Positions 47,974-58,200 of a DNA stretch of 64,000 nucleotides are shown one piece after another (the first letter of the stretch is position 1; each line of letters starts with the position of its first letter). The notes beneath the pieces were generated by a model. That model ran no database searches. It had not been told where the DNA came from and saw nothing but the letters and a program-made list of their open reading frames with translations. The DNA is from Amoebophrya sp. A120 (lineage: Eukaryota; Protista; Dinoflagellata): the NCBI GenBank assembly GCA_905178155.1, contig CAJINV010000007.1, positions 3,490,265-3,554,264 of the forward strand, in the 5' to 3' direction. A program made the translations under genes and the position numbers.

Positions 47974-49004
47974 TACTAGTTACAGCTATGCATGACACCA
48001 GACCTCCCTCCTAAGCAAAATTAGCATGAGAAATTTTATGTTAGTTACTTATACTACTGGGCGAAATTTTATTTTCGATGCAAAAACTTAGCAGGGAAAG
48101 GATCCATGTGCCGGATTGGGAGGTCGGTGCGTGCTTCTTCTGGCAAGGCTCGTCTAGAAGTAATCACTGACTGCGGGACGTCGTTCATGTATGCGCTGCG
48201 TCATGGCATACGCAGTGGGTCCGGTGCTCGAGCTACAGTGACCGAGCCGCTGTGGAGTTTAAGTACTCTCCGCGCCGGACCTAAAAAACAAGGCTCATAG
48301 CCCCGGCTCGGTTGCTGATCAGATTCGCCCTACACCCATGCAGAAATGCTACAGTGTGTGCGTGTTTGGTCCCCCCTGAACGACGTGTGTGTGAGTGTGG
48401 CCCACACCCAAGTCCGAAAAAACCTAGCCTCATAACAGCCGCGCCCCTAAGGTATAGATCAACTGTTCGTCATAGAAGATCGGCGTTCAGCTGCTCTCGG
48501 GCTGGAGGAGGGAGTAGCAAGCAGCAGTCCGCTTAAAGGGCACACTGCCAACATCATCATCACGAGAACTAATGCGATACAACTTTTGCACTTTATAGAC
48601 ACCTCCACCTCCAGACTCCGACTCGGACGACTCAGATTATAGTTGGAGCTCCAGTCAGCTATCAAGTGCAAGTATATCTGGATTCTCTGGAGGATGAAAC
48701 TTATGATGCTGGGCAGCTGCAGATGGTTGAAACATTTCTACTAAATGGCGACAAGCATGATACGTTTTTCGAAAGCCCTGAGAGACGACATTTTCGCATC
48801 AATATGCATGACGAAGAAAAAGAAAACTGCGCTTGTGGTGCCGGTCATACAGATTTTCTAGCCGTGTAATATTGCAAGACTACGAGAAGAACCATCGCAA
48901 GTTCCATCTGTCCTGAACACCAGACGTCCTCTCTTCGTTCTTCATATCTTGAGTTTGATGATGACCCTATACGGCGTAGGTCAACCGCACCAGCATCGGC
49001 CAGC

Positions 49005-50159
49005 ATGTCTCCGGCGCTGATTAACCGCAGCAAAACACGGATCAGGAGCCAGGGAGTTGAAAGCGCCACGTTTCTGAAAACAACTCCGGACAACAATGCG
49101 GATGACAAACCTGATGGTTACCAGAAGAACTACACCAACGCCGAGCCGTGTCGTAATCACCTGTACTACCAAGTTAACATGATTCACAACTACTACAAAA
49201 AGAACGAGCAGAACAGACCCCAACATCGATTCGAGTACAGGGGCAATTATCCCTATAATCGTTACGACAACCGCGACCGCCCGGTCCCTCCTGCGCCGCG
49301 GGAGCAGACCAAAGCGGAGAATGCAGTTCTACCTGGGTGCCAGTTTCTCTTCAAAACAGAGGAGGAGCGGGATTTGTTTGTCAAAGATGCGAAGACTATG
49401 CAGAAGATTCTCTGCGACATGTGCACGACGGGGAAATTTAAGCGTGTGGTGTTGGAGGTGATGGGCAACAGTGACGGCTTTCGCGAAAAGGAGCAATTCA
49501 CTGCGGTGTACGAGAACAAGTTGATGCAGGTCATCCACGCGCATTACGCCGAGCGCGCCCACAACCAGTACAATCGCCAGACAGACCACACAAATTGGAA
49601 AAAGATCGCGGAAGAGTTCGTTCTAGTTCTCGACGACGCGGGCGGCTGGGGCATGGAAATTTTGGACGGGAAGACCCGCGGGGAAGCGCCGAACCACCCG
49701 GTGAAAGCAATGGACTGCGGGTTTATACATTGCAAATATGTCTGAGTCTGGAAGAGTGCGAATTTGTGATGCGAACTGGTCTACATCATGACAAAATCTG
49801 TCATGCGTGGCTAGCGAAAGGCCACAGCTCTTGTTACCGAAAGAGGGGATGTGTCATGCCGATTAGGCATTGGGGTACCTGGTGCTCCAAGTCTGTGATG
49901 CTAGAGCTTGCATGCCAGACGATCTAGGTCAGGCAAAAACTACATGACAAACCTTGCATCGTCCTTCCAGACCCAGACATATTTGCATTTGATAGGGTTG
50001 GTAATGGAGCAAGTGTTTAAGAGTCGCATGCACCTGGACGAGAGCGAGGGGGGGAGCTTCTCTGACCCGGTGACCTTCCGTTTGATCGGGAAAATTGAGG
50101 AGAGAGATAAGGAGCGGGAGGCGGCGCAGGGCGCGGCACAGCAGGCAAAGAACAAGTAA
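49005..50159 (+). CDS. Hypothetical protein, at least two exons
   Basis: 49005-49723 joins 50000-50159 (MDCG|LVMEQVF). The 5' end may extend upstream. Confidence 0.7.
49724..49994. mobile_element. Introner, family B (271 bp, TSD GGGTT)
   Basis: TATACATTGCAAATATGTCTGAGTCTGGAA ... TTCCAGACCCAGACATATTTGCATTTGATA. Confidence 0.9.
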
Positions 50160-50970
50160 AGCAGGAATGGAATTTCGTAGAAGAGGGCAGGAATCATGTT
50201 GCGAGCGGGGGGATTTTGTAAGGGAGCGATCGAACTATAGTTTTTGCTATAATGATCGCTGAACGAAAATCTACTTCACATGGTGCCAGTGGCGATTATC
50301 TATCAGGCTTTTTTGATGATGTTCCTCCAAAGAAAGTGGCTCCCTGGTACGCTGTACAACAAGCCGTAGCTTCCACTGAAGACAAAAGATGAAGCGACAT
50401 TTCGAAAAATTACGTAGTACTTGTTCATATCAAGTCGAGGACAAGTTGTTTCTGTAATACTACTATACGACTTTGATGGAACAAGTCCGATGGAATCGCC
50501 TGGGAAGGTCAGGCTCGTTCTTTAAGGTGTTTTTGCCTCATCACTCTTTTACGACGAAACTAAACGGTTGCAGCCGACAACAGTGCCCGTTTTCACGAGG
50601 ACACACCGGTAGTCAGTCCCAAAATGTGAAGATGTTCGCAGATTAGAGCTGAGTACTACAAAACGTTATCTTATATATGTTCTTAAAGATCAACTGGTGG
50701 TGATGGCGCGTTCATAAAGCAGTGCTCTGGATCATGTTGATGCAAATGCAATACAACACGTCCCGCCGCCCAAGTCTCATCATCTGTCGTCAGTCAACGT
50801 GGAGATGAACATCTTTGTCCTTCATGACTCTCAACTAAGGTCGTCAGTGTTAGTGTTGGACACAGGTCGTCGTGACAAGCGCTAAATCGCGTCTACTGGA
50901 AGAGGCGATGATCATCTCTTAGATAAAATGATGTTCGCTTTGCCACCTGCTTAAATTTTGAACGTACAGA

Positions 50971-52896
50971 ATGGAGAGCGAGAGAACATGCTGGGTGACC
51001 GTCGGGCAATGCGGAAATCAAATCGGCAGGGAGTTGGCCAAGCTGCAACTACAGGTAAGCCAATCCAATACCGCAAATGTTGCATGCGCGCCATCCGCTG
51101 TCTCCAACCGGGTGGCGGTCGACTCCGAAGCGAAGGTTCTATTGCGAGGAACAGGAGCGACCACGACTACAGGAACAAGCGCAGCGAAACATCCAAGCAG
51201 GACTACGGCGTCCAACGTGATTCACGAGCACTCGGGTCGGGGAAGTAACTGGGCGCTGGGCTACACCAGTGGAATGTATGGCGGCTGGAGTTCATCTACT
51301 TGTGCTTCTTTTTCTAGCGCCACCACAGCACCACCTTCCACTTCCGCGGTCCCAATCAGAAACAACTTCAAGCAGCTGAGCACCGGTTCGGTGAACTTAG
51401 TCGATGCCGACAGTGGCGCAGATCGAGGTGTCGTCGCGGATCGGCAGCGTGGAATAATGAGAAACAAGATCATGAACAGCAGCAGCGCGCACCCACAGCA
51501 CACCAGCAGACGCCGGGGAGCCAGCAGCCCGACTCCGACAGGAACAAATTTGGGCTTGCTTGATGATTCCAACCAAGTGATAGGTGAATGCGCGGCAACC
51601 AAGAACGAGCAACATCAAAGCGCAACTGACCTGACCGAGAGTCTACTGTTCCAAGAGCCTTACCTCGTGCACGGCGTGAAGGCAAAAGTGCGGCAAGTTC
51701 TGGAAAAATCGGACAAGCGAATCGAGAACCTAGTCCTCCTTCATTCCGTCGCGGGCGGAACGGGGAGCGGTCTGGGTTCGAGATTGCTGGAGGAGTTCGC
51801 AGCAGGAGTAGATCATGGTAGTGTTTTCTCGCAAGCAGCCGATGAGCAAGATTTGAACCTGGTATCCTGCGCAGTCCTTCCGATATGGTCGCAGCATTCC
51901 GAAACCTGTCTGCAGGCGTATAATGCGTGTTTCTCCGCGGCTTGGATGCAGGACTTTTGCAACGGAAATTTACTCTTCGAAAACGAGTTTCAGCTGGAGA
52001 AGATCCTGCAGCAACAGGGACATCAATTGTCTTCGCAGTTTGGGGGCAAGACGATGACAAATCACTCTTCCACTTCGTGTTCAACCAGCACCAGCGGCGC
52101 TTACACGCTCGTTAACCAGCAGTTCGCGGAGACCATCAACAGCCTGAACTTCACCGATTTTCTGACCTACGTGACCCCCATGCCGTCGCACCACTTTGCG
52201 CACGCGTTTTCTTACCGATTAGACCCCTTGATTGCGAAAACCAATGCGGAGTTGGAGCATCGGAACTTCTTGAAGAAGCGAGTTCTCCCCCCACCGCTGG
52301 AAGTGGCGAGAAAACACTTGCTGCTACAAGTGCACGCGACGGTGTTTAACGAAAGTGTCACGCTCCTCCAGCCGGAGTGGTTTTCGACCACGTGCGACCC
52401 GGTGCCCTGGAATCGGAGCTTTGTGCTAGAGCAGAAGCGGAGTGGGGGTCCGGGTTCTGCAGCTGGTACAGCTCCGACGAGAAGTACAACCAGGAGCACC
52501 ACGAATGCAAATGCAAATTCTACTACACCAGCCGCGACAAGAGGACAGGCAAAGCAGCTGTCCTCAACAACAGCATCCACCTACCCCGATGTGACTCTTG
52601 CCTTGAATTGGAGTAGAACTGGGGATCTGTTCCGGCATTTCTTGGACCGTGCGAAGAAGATGTACAGGGGTAGAGCGTTTTTCCACGCGTTTGAGCAGTA
52701 CGGTTTTGGTCATTGTGAATTCGAAAACATGTTTGAAACGGTGGAAGAACTCGTAGCCAATTACTCACCAGAAAGGCTCTTATATCGACACAGAAAAGCC
52801 GCGAGGGCTTTTTTTACACCTGGAGCTCGTCCTGGCTTTTCAACAGGAAGCTCTGGTCAACTGGAGCTATTCTCGGTGGTGTGTTGTTTTTCGTAA
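50971..52896 (+). CDS. Divergent tubulin of the zeta(eta)/delta class
   Basis: WVTVGQCGNQIG, VAVDSEAKV, GRGSNWALGY, HSVAGGTGSGLG, ETCLQAYNA..WMQ, LLFEN and RAFFHAFEQYG, interrupted by long low-complexity insertions. Confidence 0.85.
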   Translation: MESERTCWVTVGQCGNQIGRELAKLQLQVSQSNTANVACAPSAVSNRVAVDSEAKVLLRGTGATTTTGTSAAKHPSRTTASNVIHEHSGRGSNWALGYTSGMYGGWSSSTCASFSSATTAPPSTSAVPIRNNFKQLSTGSVNLVDADSGADRGVVADRQRGIMRNKIMNSSSAHPQHTSRRRGASSPTPTGTNLGLLDDSNQVIGECAATKNEQHQSATDLTESLLFQEPYLVHGVKAKVRQVLEKSDKRIENLVLLHSVAGGTGSGLGSRLLEEFAAGVDHGSVFSQAADEQDLNLVSCAVLPIWSQHSETCLQAYNACFSAAWMQDFCNGNLLFENEFQLEKILQQQGHQLSSQFGGKTMTNHSSTSCSTSTSGAYTLVNQQFAETINSLNFTDFLTYVTPMPSHHFAHAFSYRLDPLIAKTNAELEHRNFLKKRVLPPPLEVARKHLLLQVHATVFNESVTLLQPEWFSTTCDPVPWNRSFVLEQKRSGGPGSAAGTAPTRSTTRSTTNANANSTTPAATRGQAKQLSSTTASTYPDVTLALNWSRTGDLFRHFLDRAKKMYRGRAFFHAFEQYGFGHCEFENMFETVEELVANYSPERLLYRHRKAARAFFTPGARPGFSTGSSGQLELFSVVCCFS

Positions 52897-53146
52897 ATGA
52901 ATTATGTAGTCGTACGATCACGATTAATACGGGAACCGCACCATGGGTCTTTTTTTTCGCACTGATCTTCCCCTTCTGTTTCTGAGATGTTACTCTTACT
53001 CCTGTCTTTAAAAGGCTTCTCGAGGTATTTTTCGTAAGCATTTTTCGGATTGCAGGCGCTGAATGAGCAAGGTAGAGCACCCAGAATAGAGAGTCCTCGT
53101 CAAGTATTTTCTCCGCCTGCTCTCGCTTCTCGTCCTCGCACCCAAA

Positions 53147-54420
53147 ATGCGGGGACTACGTCGCTGCCCTAACGTTCTTGCGCTGTCACCTCTCGTCGCG
53201 GCTTGCTTCGCTACAACTTCACGACTTTTCTCACTTTTCGCTGTGCCACTGTCTGCCCAATTATCTGGGACACGACCTGTAGGCAGCGTAGTACAACAAG
53301 AACCTCCGCCAGCAATGAACACTGCGCAAGAACTGAGCAACGGCCTCGCCAACTGGAAGCCCGGCGCGGGGAGTTGGCAGGAACTGGGTGACCTCTTCAC
53401 GAACAGCGGCACGGGCATTGGCATTGTTCTCGGCCTGGGCCCAGATGCGAATTTCGCGAGGCAATTTTTGCACATGTGGACCAACGGGGTGTTGTACCTG
53501 TGCGACCCGTTTATCCACATCTTCAACGGCTACGACGATCCGGAATATAACGTGGACGACAAGACGCACCAGATCAATTTCGAAAACATCCGCGTGACCC
53601 TGATGCAAACCCCTACCATCCAAGGCCGATACTCGATGGTCCGGGAGTTCAGCTTCAGCTTCTACCGCCTTTGGCTGAAGCAAGACCCGCAGTACGACTT
53701 CGGGCAAATACCGCCGAGGTTCATTTTCGTGGACAACAATCCGAGCAAAGACGCGGTCTTGCGGGACATGCACGACTGGTGGGAGTTACTTCTACCGGGC
53801 GGCGTCATGGCGGGCGCCAGGCCCGAGCATCCGGGAGTGTTTCACGCGGTTGAGAGCTTTGCGAAGTTGCACAATCTGGAACCCTATCAACTGCAAAAGT
53901 GTCTGGGTCTGGAAACTTGTAATGCTGCGTTGGGAATAGTAAATGCTCTGCAATGCACAGTTAAGCATGATGAGAAATATCTGCGGTTTTTTGTGTTGCG
54001 TTTTTCGCATGACTTGCATGACAGGCAAAAGGGTCTCTTCTTGGACACGCTTCACAAACTTTTTGGTCATGCCAGGCAAGCATGACAAATCTTCCAGACC
54101 CAGACATTTTTGCATTTGATAAACCCCTGCTGGTCACGGACGAGCAGACCTCGATCGGGTTCGGCTGGTTTCTATCCACAGAAAAAAACCCATCCACATC
54201 CATTTTTTGCATGACAAACACATGACTTGATACGTGTTTTGCATGACAAATTGGATGTGGATGGGTTTTTTTCTGTGGATAGTTTCTCATCAAACCGAAC
54301 GACGACGCGACAAACGAAGAATACATGCGGAAGGCGGAGGAGATGAAGCGCGTCGCCGACGAAGCGCGAGAAAAGGAGGCAAGGAAAATGCAAGAAATAA
54401 CCTCGAAAGTTGAGTTGTGA
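53147..54420 (+). CDS. Class I SAM-dependent methyltransferase-like protein (Methyltransf_24 type), secretory pathway
   Basis: GIVLGLG, LYLCDPF and FIFVD..AVLRDMHDWWELLLPGGVMAG. Exons 53147-53884, 54127-54172 and 54287-54420. Hydrophobic N-terminus; the spliced C-terminus is KVEL*. Confidence 0.8.
53885..54121. mobile_element. Introner, family B (237 bp, TSD AACCC)
   Basis: 30-bp TIR with 2 mismatches. Removal gives HNLEP|LLVTDE. Confidence 0.92.
54173..54281. mobile_element. Introner, family A (109 bp, TSD GTTTC), inverted relative to the copy at 28832
   Basis: Perfect 30-bp TIR TATCCACAGAAAAAAACCCATCCACATCCA. Removal gives GWF|LIKPN. Confidence 0.95.
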
Positions 54421-55262
54421 AAGATATAGCTATCAATAACGGAACTATCATGATGAAGATCAATGCAGCACAACTATGATGCAGCAAATCAAGCTATTGA
54501 TTCAACATCGGTTTTGGCATGTGCATGTTGATGAAGATGGCGCATCCTATACGGCAGGAATAGCTCGTCTTTGGACCTTCAGCGCATGTTGGCAAGTGCA
54601 ACAAATTTGCACAGCGTGAGATGTAGACTCAAGGAATGAGATTGACCTTTCTGATGTTCTCAGACACCGAGATTCTTGCCCCCGAGGCTTATGTTGAGAG
54701 ATGAGAAGAAGAAGAAGACTCAAAGAACTGGAGAGATATTTCAATGTCGTAGGACGTACAAGTAGCAGGACAACTATGCAGCTGCAACTCCTCCGGTACC
54801 ACCTCCTGTATCGGTTCACCAAAGAATTCGGTCAAGAAGCAACTGTATCTTTTTTTTGTTTTCTCTTGCTCAACAGAGGAAAAAACCATGCAGAACGAAG
54901 AACAGGTCCACAACGTCATGTCATGGATATGGAAAAAGAAAAAACTACATAAACGCAAGAGGCTCAACATTCTCTACCACGCGTAGAAATGTTGTGGATG
55001 TTGAATAGTGCTAGTAACTCTGACTCTCTTTATTCTTGTGGTTTGGACAGTTTTGCCACTTCTTTCTGAATGCATCCGAATCGGACTGCTCATCTTGCGC
55101 GATCTTTACACTCTCCATGGGCTTCATCGCCTTTTTTGACGTGCTGATGGAAGAAAGATGACCAGAACGCACAAAAATAAGATTGGTCGATAGCGCCGTT
55201 GTACTCGATTTCTCGCCTGGTGTGTGCTCGACGTCCGCCACGAAGCGAAACTTCTTTCCAAG

Positions 55263-58200
55263 ATGCGTCCCCCTCCAGGCGGTGGAGCGATTCATTCGAA
55301 CAACCCCAACATTTCCACCAAACAGAGGGGGCCAGCACCTCCGGGAGGAGCACCCCCCCTATCGTCAGAGCAGGAGGAAATGAGATATGCGCAGCAGCAG
55401 CAGCAGCGAGCTTCACCTTCGAACAACCAGATGGTTCTTTTGTCCAATCCACAGCCAGCCTCCGTTACGTCGTCCACTTCCGGTGGCGGGGCGGGGACAA
55501 GTGGTTCCAGGCCTGGTGCAACGAGCTCCAAAGAGTCGTCCAGTGGAGGGAGCAGCAGTGGGCAGGAGAAAGACCCCGTGAGGTTTGGGACGGACGCGAC
55601 GAAAAGGGAAGATTTCGATCAGGAGTTCGAGCAATATGTGTTATCGGAAGACTATCCAAGAAGAAAAAAATGCTATGAGTAACTTTGTCATGATGCGCAA
55701 CTACATGCAAGATGATTGTGTACTGTGTCATACTGGTGCTGTGGATTTTAGGGCCCAGTATTCATGTGCCTTTTCGTGTGCTATTTGCGCATGACAGGTT
55801 TTTGCTGTCATGCCACACAGATCTGCAATGCTGCTCCGCAAAAAAAGTTACGCGTTGTACTCCTGCACTTTTTTCTGTTGGATAAAGACGCACGGCGCCG
55901 GAAAAAGAAGTGGACCTACGCAAAAGCATTTGGGGGCGCCGCGGTGGCCGCGAGTTCAGGGGCGCTATTTGGAATCCCGCTTGCGGCAATGGTACTAAAC
56001 ACGTACAATTTTTTTTTTTCCACGCACGAGATTTTTTTTTCCACGCATGAGAGGTGGAAAGATATCGAGAAGCACGCCCATGCGTCATGCATTATGATGA
56101 CCTTGACCACACACAGTAAAGAATTATCTTTGACGGAACATGAAAAAACAGGTCCTCATGGGCGCTGCGGGTGCGGGCGCTGGGATGTTCGGAATGCGGC
56201 AGATGAATGGGAAGGACGGGAAGCAGCGCGGCCAGAAATCCATAGAGGACGAAGCCGGCCCGGGCGGGCGGTCGCCGGGGCGCAGAAGGTACGCGACGCA
56301 CAAACGATTTTTGCAAACCGGGCGCCCGCCACCCAGTCTGAAGCGGGTCCGGTTTCTGATCAAGTGGGCGTCGATCAAGATTGACGAACTGGAAGAGGGA
56401 GACCACCCGGGCGTGATCCAGTATGAGACTGCACAATTCCCCCTCCCCCTCATTTGTAATGCAAAGTACCAAATCCATATCCACCCTTTGCCTCTTGGCA
56501 CGTTTTGCATGGCAAGTTCTGGAAGCCCAAATAGCACTACACTCCTGTGCAAATTTATCATGCAAAACCTGCATTCTTGCTGACACTTATAGTGCCGCTC
56601 ATGCTATACAAATAAGGGGGAGGGGGAGTTGTGCGCTGTCATATCCAGCTGATGGATGACATTATCTCGGAATTCAGCTTGGTGGTGGTATCAAGAAGAA
56701 AAATCCCGCCTCCGCATATCAAAACGGAAATCTGTGCTGCAGATTTGTGTCCACAAATCAGCTCTGTCATGCTAGAAGGAAAAAGATGCGGACTGTAGTG
56801 CTGGGTGGCGTGCGAAAGCCTTGCATCTTCAGCATGACAGGAGGCAGCTGGAAGTGGGGCGCAGCGTGACAAATTGCCTGCGAACGAGGCCACAACTGCG
56901 GGTCTTGGCCTTTTAGCAATACAAGACGACTTGTGTGCTCAAATACAACATCACAAGTTGAAGCTTCGTTTTCGATATGGGGAGGGGGGATGTTTCCTAG
57001 CGATAGGTGGAGGCCGCAAAAACCTCACTGAACGCTGAAACGGAACGGCAGAAGCTGCATGCATTCGTGCGCTTTTTGGAGAAGATAAAAACCTACAAAA
57101 AGTACGCGCATGCGAATCAGGTATAATATTGCGTATGCTACATAGAATTAGAATGAAGCTTTTCATCTTCTGCAAGATGAAATGAAAATGATGTACTCTT
57201 GTTACCTTATCGTTCGTCCGTTGCTGCAGTCTTACTTCCGCAGTCGTTGTCGTTGTGGCATCGCGGCTTTTGCGCATGACACATCAAACCTACACCATTA
57301 GGTCTGGCTCAAATCCTGGGAGGAGTCAAACGATGAAGAGCTGAACGAGATTGGTGACGTGAACAGCCGAATGGTGCTTCCCTCCGATGCCTGGCTCCGG
57401 CTGCAATTTGTCTTCCCCACCATCATTAACATTGCGAAAATCCTCTCCGCGCACGAGAAGGTGCACAAGACCGCGCACCTGGGCTGCACCCCTATGCATA
57501 GCAAAAGTATCGTACTTGTACTACATGCAGTACAGTACGACACATCTGGTGGTCTCGTGGCTATTTCAGCAATACAAATCATATTTTTCCTTGTGGTTCT
57601 CGTTCTTGTGGAAAAAAATTTTATTGTATTGCTATTTCATTCATCTACCACTACTAGTACGATGCTTTTGCAATGCATAACCGCGGTCGGGGGGCAAATC
57701 GTGAACGCGATCGATCACTTGGCGGATTGGTGCTACTCTGTGCTGTCGATGAGGCGAGTGAAGCGGTTTCTGGCGGAATATGAGGAGATGGCCGCGGCGG
57801 CATTAGAGGACAACGCGAAGCAGCAGGCTCTGTTGGACGGTAAGATGCAGGTGGAGGAGGATAGTGATTCGACAGAAAAGAAAAACGCAAAATCTGACGG
57901 AACGCTGCTGAAAGCCGCGTCGCCAGCTACCGTCGCAAAGGTCGAGAAGTCGTATAAGGGGATTTCGACGAAAAATGATTTAGGAGGAGGGATTGCAGAT
58001 GATGATCCGTCTACAGGTTTCAAGCCGGACCCGAGAATAGCAGGGGTGAAAACTACCACACAGACACAAGGAATATACAACTACAGAGAACAGCCACCGC
58101 CACCGCCAGGTGCACCAAATAACACTCCAAGTAACCCAGCGACCCCCTCCGCTGCATCATCTTCCCGCAGTAATAAAGCGACTTCAAAAAGCCCGGCGAA

